Source of the DNA: a virus
Taxonomy: Duplodnaviria > Caudoviricetes
Direction: 5' to 3' (one strand)
Virus record (IMG/VR): IMGVR_UViG_3300035016_000042
DNA length: 44,423 bases
Shown here: positions 9,048 to 18,617 of the stretch, in pieces
How positions within the stretch are numbered: position 1 is the first letter of the stretch
Layout: each line of letters opens with the position of its first letter
The notes under the pieces: generated by a model
What the model saw: the letters and a program-made list of their open reading frames with translations, nothing else
Databases searched by the model: none
What the model was told of the DNA's origin: nothing
Made by a program: the position numbers and the translations under genes

Positions 9048-10208
9048 GTGATGACCAGTGCTGCCTCTCAACTCCGTCGCGAAGTGACTGTGGAGCGCAC
9101 GCCGCGTTTCTACCAGGTCTGCGGCAAGTTCGACCTCCCGACCGACGCCACCAGCGTCCGCGAGTGGAACGTCGACCTGACGCTGCCGGATGAATGGAGC
9201 GTCGGCGTCATCGTCGGGCCATCGATGGCGGGCAAGACGACGATCGCCCGCGAGTTGTTCGGCGCCGATAGCGTCGTCGATGCTGGCTACTGGCCCTGGC
9301 CGGCCGGCAAGTGCATTGCCGACGGCTTCCCCGACGGCATGGGCATCGACGAGATCACCGGCCTGCTGTCGGCGGTCGGCTTTTCGAGCCCGCCAGACTG
9401 GAAGAAGCCGCACGGCGCGCTCAGTAACGGCGGCAAGTTCCGCGTCGATCTCGCCCGCACGCTCGCCGAGCGGCCCGAGCTGGCCGTCGTAGACGAGTTC
9501 GGCTCGCTCGTGCACCAGCAGGCCCGCCAAGTGGCCGCCGCCGCGGCGGCGAAGGCGGTCCGCCGGCGGGGCGGCAAGCTCGTGGCGCTCTGCGTCCACC
9601 CGGACGCGGTGGAATACTTCGAACCGGATTGGATCATCGACATGATCCCAGGCGAAATCGTGCGGTGTCAGGCCGTAAGGGGGTCGGTTCGGCGACCGCC
9701 AATCCAGTTGGAAATCGCACGCGTCAATCGAAAGGCATGGGACCTTTTCCGACACCATCACTATCTAGACCACGCGATCCACGCGAGCAGCAAGTGCTTC
9801 GTGGCGTTCGTCGACGGGCAGCCGGCCGCGTTCACGGCGGTCCTGCCGTTCCCGCACGCGGTGAAGCCCGGTTGGCGCGAACATCGCACCGTGTGCCATC
9901 CCGACTACCAGGGCATCGGGCTGGGCAACCGCATGAGCGAGTACGTCGCCTCGCTGTTCCGTGCCACCGGCAAGCCGTACATGAGCACGACCAGCCACCC
10001 GGCGATGATCAAGTATCGCGCCCGCTCGCCCGTGTGGGCGGTGACGAGAAAGCCGGGCATCGTCAGCGGGTCGGCCGGCCCAAAGTCGAACCAGCAGACC
10101 GGCCTTGGGCGCACGCTGTCGACGGGGCGGATCACGGCAGGGTTTCAGTACGTCGGGCCGGCACGGCCGGAGGAGGCTCGCAAGTTCGGGGTGGTGAAAT
10201 GCGACTGA
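9048..10208 (+). CDS. ABC-type ATPase fused to GNAT acetyltransferase
   Basis: Walker A GPSMAGKTT, signature LSNGGKFR, Walker B AVVDEF, H-loop CVHPD; acetyl-CoA motif VCHPDYQGIGLG. Confidence 0.9.
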   Translation: MMTSAASQLRREVTVERTPRFYQVCGKFDLPTDATSVREWNVDLTLPDEWSVGVIVGPSMAGKTTIARELFGADSVVDAGYWPWPAGKCIADGFPDGMGIDEITGLLSAVGFSSPPDWKKPHGALSNGGKFRVDLARTLAERPELAVVDEFGSLVHQQARQVAAAAAAKAVRRRGGKLVALCVHPDAVEYFEPDWIIDMIPGEIVRCQAVRGSVRRPPIQLEIARVNRKAWDLFRHHHYLDHAIHASSKCFVAFVDGQPAAFTAVLPFPHAVKPGWREHRTVCHPDYQGIGLGNRMSEYVASLFRATGKPYMSTTSHPAMIKYRARSPVWAVTRKPGIVSGSAGPKSNQQTGLGRTLSTGRITAGFQYVGPARPEEARKFGVVKCD

Positions 10209-10447
10209 TATCGTTCGATGTCGACAGCACCGCGGCGATCGCAGCCTTCGAGCAATGCATCCTGGAGGAGCTGCTCGTCAGGAATCAGATGAGGCGCCTT
10301 GAGCAGTTCAAGCAGATGCCACTGGAACTGGCGGCCCCACCCCGCGTCGTCTACGAGCCGCCGAGGGTGGAACCGATCCGCGGCAAGTTTCGCCGATCGG
10401 TGACCATGGCCGATCAGTTGGCTGCAATCTGGCGGGCGTTGAAGTAA
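10199..10447 (+). CDS. Hypothetical protein
   Basis: ATG overlapping the upstream gene end; MRLISFDVD... 82 aa. Confidence 0.5.
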   Translation: MRLISFDVDSTAAIAAFEQCILEELLVRNQMRRLEQFKQMPLELAAPPRVVYEPPRVEPIRGKFRRSVTMADQLAAIWRALK

Positions 10448-10456
10448 TCTGGCGGG

Positions 10457-10675
10457 ATGGCCAAGCCGTTTCCCTGCCCCAAATGTAATCGCCCGCTCCG
10501 GGCGTCCGGCGAGATCACCGACGAATCGGGCAACACGTACCCGACGTACCAGTGCGACGAGTGCATCAAGGTCACCAACGTGTTCGGCAAGCAGATGGAA
10601 CTGCACCTGACCTTCATGGTGAAGGACGGGAAGGCCTACGACCCGGCCGAGCCCGACGGCGAGCTGAGGATCTGA
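10457..10675 (+). CDS. Small zinc-ribbon protein
   Basis: CPKC...CDEC motif, 72 aa. Confidence 0.65.
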   Translation: MAKPFPCPKCNRPLRASGEITDESGNTYPTYQCDECIKVTNVFGKQMELHLTFMVKDGKAYDPAEPDGELRI

Positions 10676-10935
10676 GCCGCGGCCGCGGCGGCCGCTGACC
10701 GGCGCCGCTTCGGCATCGCCGGCGAGTCGTCGGTGAGGATGTCCAGCACCGAGCAGTCGAGGATCTCGCACAGTCGCTCGATTGTGCCGAGCTTCGGGTC
10801 GCCCTTCGTGCCGTTCGCCAGGTGGTACCACTGCTGTTTCGGCTTGCCCGTGAAGCCGTACGCCTCGCCCGCCGCTTCCATCGTGGCGAAGCGTTTCTTC
10901 CGTAACGTCTCGATCTTCTCGCGGTCCAGCGGCAT
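10636..10935 (-). CDS. XRE-family HTH transcriptional regulator
   Basis: KIETLRKKR..TMEAAG..QWYHLANG..DPKLGTIERLCEILDCSVLDI is a Cro/CI-type HTH pattern. Confidence 0.85.
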   Translation of the reverse strand: MPLDREKIETLRKKRFATMEAAGEAYGFTGKPKQQWYHLANGTKGDPKLGTIERLCEILDCSVLDILTDDSPAMPKRRRSAAAAAAAQILSSPSGSAGS

Positions 10936-10968
10936 CGCTCGTCTCCGGTTGAGGGGCGGCGGCGGCGT

Positions 10969-11688
10969 TCAGCCGCCGCGGTAGCTGGCGAAATCATACT
11001 GCCGCGCTGCGTAGGTTTCGCCCGCGATGGCGACGCGCCGGCGCGTGATGCCCGCCGCGTCGATCTCGATCGCCTGATTGTCCTTCAGCGATCGCACCGC
11101 ACCCGGCAGGCCCTGCGGCAGCGACGCGAGGTAGATTCCGCGTGGGTTCGACCCGACGTGCAACGGGTTGCCGCGTCGCGCGGCGATCAGCTTGGCCGGC
11201 CGCGTCCAGATCGACAGCGTGGCGAGGCAACCGCTCGTGTGCTCGATCGCCTCGGCGGTTCGCCGGGCAAAGCCCGATGCCTCGCTCCGCTCGATCAACT
11301 GGCCGATGGCCTCGCTGTCGCACACGCTGGTCGGAAACAGGTTCTGTTCGTCGAGCAGATCCTCATAGTTGGCGACGATGCCGTTGTGCACGAGCCAGCC
11401 GCCATCCACCGGGTGCGGGTGGTTGTTCGTGTTGTCGGTCGCGTCGCCATGGGTGGCAAACCGCAGGTGGCCGACGAGCATGCAGGCGTCCCGCAGGATC
11501 GGCAGCATCTTCAGGTGGTTCGTCAGCCGGCCCGGCGACTTGTAGCAGTGCAGCCGACCGCGCGAGTCGATCCAGGCGAAGCCGAAGGCGTGGGGGCCGC
11601 GGCTGATGTTCACGTTGATGATGCGGCGGAGAATGGTCAGGTCGACCGGCTCACCCTCGCGGGCGACGTATCCGAAAATCGAGCACAT
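10969..11688 (-). CDS. Class II (Ntn) glutamine amidotransferase
   Basis: N-terminal MC nucleophile, RGPHAFG, GHLRFATHG, NNHP, VHNG, CDSE motifs. Confidence 0.93.
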   Translation of the reverse strand: MCSIFGYVAREGEPVDLTILRRIINVNISRGPHAFGFAWIDSRGRLHCYKSPGRLTNHLKMLPILRDACMLVGHLRFATHGDATDNTNNHPHPVDGGWLVHNGIVANYEDLLDEQNLFPTSVCDSEAIGQLIERSEASGFARRTAEAIEHTSGCLATLSIWTRPAKLIAARRGNPLHVGSNPRGIYLASLPQGLPGAVRSLKDNQAIEIDAAGITRRRVAIAGETYAARQYDFASYRGG

Positions 11689-11760
11689 GTGCAGTTCCTT
11701 TCCGAGCGTGAGAGCGAACGGGGCCGCGACACGTGCCGCGGCCCCCGGCGGCCCGACCCG

Positions 11761-12582
11761 TTACCGGGTCGAACCGTCATACTTGCGGGCCAACTTCATC
11801 AGCGTCCGCTTGGCGCGCGTAACGACGGTGACCGGTGCTCCAGCGACGTTCCCGTAGGTGTAATCGGTGCGGCCCTTTGTCCAACCCAACTGATAGAAGA
11901 GGCGATTCAGGGCCGTCTGCCCCTCACCCTTGCGGGCGATCGGGCTGGTCGGTGAAACGGGTTTGGCGGTCCAGTTCGTGACGCGGGCGGCCTTCAACGA
12001 CCGTTCCACCAAACCGACGGCCATCATCACGTGGGCGATGATCTTCGATTCGTTCAGCGTCCCGGCGAACGCCCGAAACTCAACCGTGGGCTTGACGGTG
12101 GCGAGGTTGCAGACGTGGTAACGGTCCGCACGGGCGTAGCGCGTCGCGTCGACCGCGTTGCCGTACCGCTGAATCGGGCGGCAGTAGTCGCCACGCTCGC
12201 GGCTGTGCGTCCCGGTGCTGGCGTAGATGGCCTTTTCGACGTTCGCCACGAGCGTCGTCAGCTTGGCGGTCGCGATGGCATCCGACTTGTTGAACCCGAC
12301 GTGAACGTGCAGGCCGCAGGTCTGGTTGACGGTCCCACCGATCGACTTAATGAACGCGACGGCCGCGATGATCGATTCGACGCCCTCGGCACCCTTCAGC
12401 ACCGGCGACACGAACTCGCACCCGACCCGACCGCGACCGGAACGGATCGAACCGTCGCGAGCGGCGGTCCAACCCGGCAACTGCGGGATGGGCTGGCCGT
12501 GCCCGTAGCTACCGATCGTGAGCGTGTTCGCGGGGATCGTGGTCTCGATTTCGATGCCGAAGGTGATTTCCGAAGCGTTCAT
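11761..12582 (-). CDS. Putative amidoligase (COOH-NH2 ligase superfamily)
   Basis: TFGIEIE, DGSI, CEFVSPVL, TCGLHVHVG, RYHVCN, TVEFR motifs. Confidence 0.92.
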   Translation of the reverse strand: MNASEITFGIEIETTIPANTLTIGSYGHGQPIPQLPGWTAARDGSIRSGRGRVGCEFVSPVLKGAEGVESIIAAVAFIKSIGGTVNQTCGLHVHVGFNKSDAIATAKLTTLVANVEKAIYASTGTHSRERGDYCRPIQRYGNAVDATRYARADRYHVCNLATVKPTVEFRAFAGTLNESKIIAHVMMAVGLVERSLKAARVTNWTAKPVSPTSPIARKGEGQTALNRLFYQLGWTKGRTDYTYGNVAGAPVTVVTRAKRTLMKLARKYDGSTR

Positions 12583-12621
12583 CTGTCTGTCCCTTTCGTG
12601 TTCGTTGACTGTTATGCGATA

Positions 12622-12649
12622 AGTATACCTCGTAAGGCTACTACGTCAA
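12622..12649 (-). promoter_or_regulatory. Sigma70-type promoter of the amidoligase cassette
   Basis: Minus strand TTGACG-16 nt-TATACT, with AAAGGGA RBS before the ATG at 12582. Confidence 0.7.
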
Positions 12650-12736
12650 GCCGAAATGAGCGAAATTTGGCCGAAAATCGGTGAATTCGCCTAAGTGCTG
12701 GTTTGGCGTGAGTTTCGCCGGATGGAGCCGAGAACG

Positions 12737-14389
12737 ATGAGCGATTCCCAACTATTAGAGCGCCGTACCTCGTGGCTCGGCGTCGGCGGCATGCACCTGA
12801 ACGAGTATCAGGGCGCGTGGGCGATCTACCGTCCCTACGGGGAGGCGATGATCCAGCAGGCCCGGCGCATGAACGTCCGCCTGCACGTCAAACAGCAGGA
12901 ACAAGCCGTAGCGCAGCAGGCGGCCCAACCCCTCGCCGAGGGCGAGGGGCAGCCGGCGGGCGGCTTCAACGGGATGTTGACCGGCGATGGCATCGCGGTC
13001 ATCGAGATCAGCGGCACGATGATGAAGTTCGTGTCGAGCATGAGCAGTGGCGTCAGTACCGTCCGCGTGCGCCAGCAGGTGCGGCGTGCCAAGGCTGACC
13101 CCAACGTCGTCCGCGCGATTATCATCATCGAGTCGGGCGGCGGCACGGTGGCGGGCACGCAGGAACTGGCCGACGACATCGCGGCGCTCGCCGCGGTCAA
13201 ACCCACCGCGGTCTTCGTCGATGGCCTCATGTGCTCGGCCGCCCTTTGGGTCGGCTCCCAGGCGAGCGTGATCAGCGCCAGCAAGACGTCGATCGTCGGG
13301 TCGATCGGCGCGATGAGCGCCGTCGTCGATTACTCGAAGTGGGCGATGAAGCAGGGCATCAAGGTGCACGTGCTCACGAGCGACGGCGCCGAGACCTACA
13401 AGGGCGCGGGCACGCCCGGCTCGAAGGTGACCGACGCGCAGATCGCCGAATGGCGGCACATCCTCAACAGTCTGGCCGACGAGTTCTTCGCTGGCGTCGC
13501 GGCGGGGCGCAAGCTCCCGCTCGCGAAGGTCCGCGAACTGGCGACCGGACAAGTGTGGATCGCCGAGGAGGCGAAGGCACACAAGCTCGTCGACCACGTC
13601 GAGACGCTCGACGCCGCGATGCAGCGCCTCCGGGCGATGCCGGTGCGGGCAGCCCAGTCACAGGCTCGGCGAGCTGACGATGGCGGCCTGCAGATCGCCG
13701 CCGATCAACAGAACAACGAACTACAGGCCAGCGGAACGTCCGCCGGCCAACCGAGGGCCGAGGAGGCGGGCACGCAGTCGCCCGCCGTCGCCGAGGCCGT
13801 GTCCCCAGATGAGGAGACTCTCATGAGTCAGCAGCAGCAGGGGGCCACGTCCCCCAACACCAGCGCCGCGGCGGTGATCGCCGCCGCCACCACCGCAGCG
13901 GCGGCCGCAACCGGCACCGTCGAGCAGCCGAAGGCCGCGAACATGGCTGAACTGAAGGCCGCCTGCCCGGGCGCCGCCAGCGACTTCCTGGTTGAGCAGT
14001 CCGAGAAGGGCGCGACCGCCGCTCAGGCGCAAGTCGCGTTCATCGGCTGGCAGGGCGCGCAGATTCGCTCTCGCGACGAGGAACTGGCGACGCTCAGGGG
14101 CGAGAAGGCCGCCGCCGCCGCTACGACCACCGAGACGACGGCTACGACTACCACCGCACCGGCGGCGACGGTGACCACGCCCGCGGCGAAAAAGCCTGGG
14201 GTGGCGGCGCTGGCTAGTGCCCCGGCCGAACAGACCGGCGCCGGCGCGTACAGCGGCGACCCGAAGGCCGAGCTCGACACCCGCGTCGCCAAGCTCACCG
14301 AGAACGGCCGCATGGGACGTGCTCAGGCGGTGGGCAAGGTGTTCGCAGCGGATCCCGCGCTCCACGAGGCGATCAAGGCACTCCGGTAG
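12737..14389 (+). CDS. S49 (SppA-like) head maturation protease with C-terminal scaffold region
   Basis: ESGGG, CSAALW (catalytic Ser), VGSIG, YKG motifs; Ala/Thr-rich C-terminus; start chosen from GGAG RBS, alternatives 12695/12722. Confidence 0.9.
   Translation: MSDSQLLERRTSWLGVGGMHLNEYQGAWAIYRPYGEAMIQQARRMNVRLHVKQQEQAVAQQAAQPLAEGEGQPAGGFNGMLTGDGIAVIEISGTMMKFVSSMSSGVSTVRVRQQVRRAKADPNVVRAIIIIESGGGTVAGTQELADDIAALAAVKPTAVFVDGLMCSAALWVGSQASVISASKTSIVGSIGAMSAVVDYSKWAMKQGIKVHVLTSDGAETYKGAGTPGSKVTDAQIAEWRHILNSLADEFFAGVAAGRKLPLAKVRELATGQVWIAEEAKAHKLVDHVETLDAAMQRLRAMPVRAAQSQARRADDGGLQIAADQQNNELQASGTSAGQPRAEEAGTQSPAVAEAVSPDEETLMSQQQQGATSPNTSAAAVIAAATTAAAAATGTVEQPKAANMAELKAACPGAASDFLVEQSEKGATAAQAQVAFIGWQGAQIRSRDEELATLRGEKAAAAATTTETTATTTTAPAATVTTPAAKKPGVAALASAPAEQTGAGAYSGDPKAELDTRVAKLTENGRMGRAQAVGKVFAADPALHEAIKALR
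13823..14389 (+). CDS. Nested in-frame scaffolding protein (Nu3-like)
   Basis: Internal GAGGAG at 13811-13816 followed by in-frame ATG 13823, same arrangement as lambda C/Nu3. Confidence 0.6.
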   Translation: MSQQQQGATSPNTSAAAVIAAATTAAAAATGTVEQPKAANMAELKAACPGAASDFLVEQSEKGATAAQAQVAFIGWQGAQIRSRDEELATLRGEKAAAAATTTETTATTTTAPAATVTTPAAKKPGVAALASAPAEQTGAGAYSGDPKAELDTRVAKLTENGRMGRAQAVGKVFAADPALHEAIKALR

Positions 14390-14519
14390 CCGTCGACGGC
14401 ACACGTTCCGGCCGCGACAGTTTCTCCACCCTCCATCCACCATTCGTCCACCGCGTCATTGACCAATCCAACCGACCGCACGGGCGATGCCCGTCGGCAC
14501 TTTTCGAGGTACACGTATC

Positions 14520-14903
14520 ATGGCTCACAAGAACCCCCTCGGGCCCCTCACCGTCGCGGTCGCCGCGGCGATCATGGCCTTCCGCCGCGTGAAGTTCGAC
14601 GGCTCGATGAATGCCGTCGTGGCCGGCGCCACCGATAAGGCGATCGGCACCACCGAGCATCAGACCTTCGCCGCCGGCGAGATGGTCGCCGTCAACCTCC
14701 GCGGCCTGCCCGGCAAGCGAGAGATGGTCGCCGCCGGCGTCGTCGCCGTCGGCGCCAAGGTCTACAGCGCCGCCGACGGCAAGGTCAGCGCCACGCAGGC
14801 CACCGGCGCATACGAGGAAGGCACGGCGATGAGCGCAGCCGCGGCCGACCTCGACATCATCACTGTGCTCACCGAGCCCGGCGACAATCCCAAGCCGGCA
14901 TAA
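14520..14903 (+). CDS. Capsid cement/decoration protein (DUF2190-like)
   Basis: Small Ala/Gly-rich protein (AIG..G..VYSAADGKV..G.A..AAAA..DII.V) between protease and capsid. Confidence 0.75.
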   Translation: MAHKNPLGPLTVAVAAAIMAFRRVKFDGSMNAVVAGATDKAIGTTEHQTFAAGEMVAVNLRGLPGKREMVAAGVVAVGAKVYSAADGKVSATQATGAYEEGTAMSAAAADLDIITVLTEPGDNPKPA

Positions 14904-15064
14904 TCAGCTCGCCCACGCCTCCCGCATCGACCGCCGACGCGTCGTCGGCACTGGCCGGCTCCCGGCCGCCTCACACGTAACTCAGACAAACGAACGGAAA
15001 CCCGCGTCGACCGAGCGTCGTACGCCTGGACGCCCGCGCGCGACGCGGGCGAGAAAGCACCACA

Positions 15065-16033
15065 ATGTCCTCACCTTCCTCTTCCACCGCGACGCCCCGT
15101 GCCGACCTGGCCGTGACGCTCGAGGAGTATGACCTCGAAGCCAGTCGCCAGGGCTTCGTCGGCCACAAGCTGTTCCCCGTGTTCGACGCGGCCAAGGTCG
15201 CCGGCACCTGGCGCGTGCTCGGCGCCGACGAGATGCTGCAGGATCACCCGACCGAGCGGGCCCCGGACGGGTCGTACAACCGAGCCGGGTTCTCGAGCGG
15301 CGAGAAGTCATACACCACCAAGGAGCGCGGCTTTGAGGTGCCGATCGACGACAACCTCCGCGAACAGTACCGGGAGTACTTCGAAGCTGAGGTGGCCGGC
15401 ACCGAGATTGCCCGCGACGTCGTGCTACGTGGCAACGAGCAGAAGGCCGTGGCCTACGCTCTGAACGCGGCCAACAACGGCGGCACACACGCGATGGCGG
15501 TGAAGCTCGACCAGACCAACGCTGACCCGGTCGGCGAGTTCCGCGAGGCGATGATTGCCGTGCGCAACAAGGGCTACATGCCGAACATGGCCGTCCTGGA
15601 GTGGGAGGCGCTGATGTTCCTCTCCGAGACGCCCCAGATCATCGACAAGCTGGGCGCGGCTAACAGCAAGGACGCCAAGATCGCGACGCTGGAGGTGATC
15701 GCCCGCATCCTGAAGATCGATGAGATCGTCGTGGCTAATGCCCAGCGCAACGCCGCGATCCGCAGCCAGGATGCGACCAAAGCGAAGCTGGACCTGCGGC
15801 CGCTCTGGGATAAGACCAAGATCTGGGTCGGTCACGTCGACAAGCGCAACCGCCTGCAGTTGCCGACGTACGGGCGCACGTTCCACTGGACGGCCGACGG
15901 CAGCCAGATCGGTGGCCTCGTCGAGACGTACCGTGACGAGCGCGTGCGCGGCGACGTGGTCCGCGTCCGCAACCAGGTGGACGTGAACCAAGTCGTAGAG
16001 GAGTGCGGTTACCTGATCACCGACGTCCTGTAA
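15065..16033 (+). CDS. Major capsid protein
   Basis: 322 aa, head-module position, GFVGHKLFPV, DPVGEF, PNMAVL, YGRTFHW, CGYLITDV pattern of gpE-like capsids. Confidence 0.85.
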   Translation: MSSPSSSTATPRADLAVTLEEYDLEASRQGFVGHKLFPVFDAAKVAGTWRVLGADEMLQDHPTERAPDGSYNRAGFSSGEKSYTTKERGFEVPIDDNLREQYREYFEAEVAGTEIARDVVLRGNEQKAVAYALNAANNGGTHAMAVKLDQTNADPVGEFREAMIAVRNKGYMPNMAVLEWEALMFLSETPQIIDKLGAANSKDAKIATLEVIARILKIDEIVVANAQRNAAIRSQDATKAKLDLRPLWDKTKIWVGHVDKRNRLQLPTYGRTFHWTADGSQIGGLVETYRDERVRGDVVRVRNQVDVNQVVEECGYLITDVL

Positions 16034-16116
16034 CGTTGGCGGGCAGCCATACGACAACACAATCCCGCGGGCCACGGCGGCGAACACCCGCCGCGGCCCC
16101 TTTCCGAGCTCACACG

Positions 16117-16476
16117 ATGCCCAGCCTTCACGAGACCCTCATGCGATCGCACGCGACGCCCGTGCTGGCGCAGTACCACCAGCGGCCGGTCGTGCTGAAG
16201 CCGGGCGGTACCGGCTCGGTCGCCACGATGGCGATCGTCGGCGCGTTCCGCTCGACGCAGATCACCGACGATGCGGGCGTTCGTATGGTCGAGCAGGGCT
16301 CGATCGAGGTTGTCGCGACGGACGGCCTGTCGATCGGCATGCAGGACGTAATCGAGGTCGACGCGTTCCTGTACGACGTGATCGAGTCGAGCCAGCCGAA
16401 GAACGGCTTCATCTACGTCACGCTCCAGCGCCTGCTGACGCACGAGATGAGCCGTTACGCGCGCGGCGGAAGGTAA
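16117..16476 (+). CDS. Head-tail joining protein (FII-like)
   Basis: 119-aa beta-rich protein after the capsid; assignment by synteny. Confidence 0.55.
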   Translation: MPSLHETLMRSHATPVLAQYHQRPVVLKPGGTGSVATMAIVGAFRSTQITDDAGVRMVEQGSIEVVATDGLSIGMQDVIEVDAFLYDVIESSQPKNGFIYVTLQRLLTHEMSRYARGGR

Positions 16477-16480
16477 CCCC

Positions 16481-17014
16481 ATGGCAATTGAGGAACCCGA
16501 CGGACCGGTCAGCGAACCGATCGAGCAGTTTCGCGCGATGCTGGCAGAGTCGCCGGCGTGGCGGCAGTGGATCGGCGGCACGCCCGAGGACGCCGACGCG
16601 CACCTGTACGAGACGGCGGCGCTGCCGTTCAGCAACGCGCCGTACACGCGGGCGCAGATCGAGGCCCTGCGGCCGTTCGGCATCGTCAACATCCTGCCGA
16701 GCCTCGGCGTGGAAATGAGGATGGCCGCCAGCGACACGATCACCGAGACGACGCGCGTCGAAATCGAGATTCAGGCCAACATCAGCCCGCAGCTGCCGTA
16801 CCGCGAGGTCAGCCGGGCGTTCAACAACCGCATGGGGCGCATCATGCGGGACCTGTACGACCTGTCGCTCGACGGCAGCGAGAACCGCCCGTTCATCAAC
16901 CGCATCTACACCACGGGCCCGATCTGCCGCTGCGACCCCGACGTGCGCACGAGCGAGGGCGACTATCTGTTCCTGCGCATCGTTGGCGAGGTCGGCGTGC
17001 GAGCCGGCCGGTAA
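16481..17014 (+). CDS. Putative tail terminator/neck protein
   Basis: 177 aa, neck-region synteny. Confidence 0.5.
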   Translation: MAIEEPDGPVSEPIEQFRAMLAESPAWRQWIGGTPEDADAHLYETAALPFSNAPYTRAQIEALRPFGIVNILPSLGVEMRMAASDTITETTRVEIEIQANISPQLPYREVSRAFNNRMGRIMRDLYDLSLDGSENRPFINRIYTTGPICRCDPDVRTSEGDYLFLRIVGEVGVRAGR

Positions 17015-17028
17015 GGATCTGAGGAATC

Positions 17029-17571
17029 ATGAGCGTCCGCGGCATCATCCGGTACGACCGTTACCCCAAGCTCGACCGCGACCTGGTGAATCGGGCGGTC
17101 AGCGAGGGCAATGAGGCGGCGGTCGAGCGCTGGCACGACGAGTTCCAGCCGTTGCACTTCGAGGAGTCGGCGACGCGCCGCTACGGCTACCAGAAGCGAT
17201 CCGGATCCGGCGAACCGCCGCGCGTCGTGCGTCGCAAGGGGAAGCTGGCCAACGTGACGGTGGCGAACCCCAAGTACCTATGGCGCAAGCAGCGGGAGAA
17301 GGGCCACACCAAGCCGCTCGTCTACAGCGGTCGCTCCGAGATCGCCGCGAAACAGATGGTCATCACCGCCACCGCGCGGCGCGGCGTCGGCACGTTCACC
17401 GCGCTCCCGAAGTACTTCTTCCAGCGCCGCAAGGACCTTCGGCAGCCGGACAAGGGCGCCGAGCTGATCACCGTCATCGAATACGAGGTCAACGACATGG
17501 CACGGTACGCCGAGGCGGCCGCCACCGCCGTCCTCAACAGCGCCGGCGCCTCCAGCACGGTCCGGACCTGA
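17029..17571 (+). CDS. Putative tail completion protein
   Basis: Basic 180-aa protein with KPLVYSG motif and GAGG RBS; neck-region synteny. Confidence 0.55.
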   Translation: MSVRGIIRYDRYPKLDRDLVNRAVSEGNEAAVERWHDEFQPLHFEESATRRYGYQKRSGSGEPPRVVRRKGKLANVTVANPKYLWRKQREKGHTKPLVYSGRSEIAAKQMVITATARRGVGTFTALPKYFFQRRKDLRQPDKGAELITVIEYEVNDMARYAEAAATAVLNSAGASSTVRT

Positions 17572-17605
17572 CCCCCGCCCACAACCCACTGAAAGGACTT
17601 ACCCG

Positions 17606-18523
17606 ATGTCGCTCCAGAACCTTTGGATGCTCAGCAGCGTCGTGACGCCCAACGGCACGATCCGGCAAATCTCCGACCAGAACATCGCGTTCAACCTCGA
17701 GGAGGTCATCGAGCGCGGCAGCGCGGCGGTCGACCCGAGCTTCATCGCGATCATGGGCGGCAAGCCGATGATGTCGTTCGAGACGAAGGCGATCCCCTCG
17801 GCGCTGACCGTCGCGGGCCTCAGCGGCCTGCCGATCGAGGGCGAGCCGATCGACTTCTACTTCCAGCGCGTCGCCCGCGGCAGCACGCGCGACGGCGGCA
17901 ACGCGATCATGATCCGCGGCACGACCGGCATGCTGATCCCCAAGACGATCAAGGCCGACCATGGCAGCGTCGCCACGGCCGGCTACGACTTTAACGCGAT
18001 CAGCGTCGACGGCGAGACGAACCCGCTGGAGATCTTCCGCGACGTCGACCTGCCGAACGTCGGCCTGGCGACCGAGGTATTCACGTTGGGGCCCGTCGTG
18101 ATCAACGGCAGGGTGTTCGACGGCCTGCAGGGCATGGAGTTCGACCCGTCGATCGACGCGATGATCGAGGGCGACCAGGGGCTGCCGTACCCGACGACGT
18201 CCGGCATCGGCACCCGCACGCCCAAGTTCACGTTCAGCGGTAAGGAGATGGCCATCATGGCCAGCGACGCCTTCGGCATCGAAGGCCTGCCGGTCACGAG
18301 CTGGAGCGCCCACCTTCGCCGCCTCGCCCGCGGCAGCACCCGCTTTGCCAGCGGCGACGCCGAGCACATCCGCTTCTCCGGTAGCGACGGCATGCTCAAG
18401 CCCGAGAGCGCCAAGGCCAACGAGAAGAAGCCGTTCGACGCCGAGTATTGCCTGTACCCGTCCATCAACGACGACGATGCGCTCGCCGTCGAGATCAGCA
18501 CCGAGGCGACGATCGACGTCTAA
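17606..18523 (+). CDS. Putative major tail (tube) protein
   Basis: 305 aa, AAAGGA RBS, internally duplicated halves (RVARGSTR / RLARGSTR), upstream of chaperone and tape measure. Confidence 0.6.
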   Translation: MSLQNLWMLSSVVTPNGTIRQISDQNIAFNLEEVIERGSAAVDPSFIAIMGGKPMMSFETKAIPSALTVAGLSGLPIEGEPIDFYFQRVARGSTRDGGNAIMIRGTTGMLIPKTIKADHGSVATAGYDFNAISVDGETNPLEIFRDVDLPNVGLATEVFTLGPVVINGRVFDGLQGMEFDPSIDAMIEGDQGLPYPTTSGIGTRTPKFTFSGKEMAIMASDAFGIEGLPVTSWSAHLRRLARGSTRFASGDAEHIRFSGSDGMLKPESAKANEKKPFDAEYCLYPSINDDDALAVEISTEATIDV

Positions 18524-18617
18524 CGCGCGATCGCGCAGCCCCCGGTCCCTCTCTCATTGATAACCCCGCGGGGCTCACGACGCCTCGCACAACCACGTTT
18601 CCCGAAAGGAACTGTCC

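Noticed and set aside
9048-10208. ABC transporter
   Set aside because: No permease or binding protein nearby; the ATPase is fused to a GNAT domain
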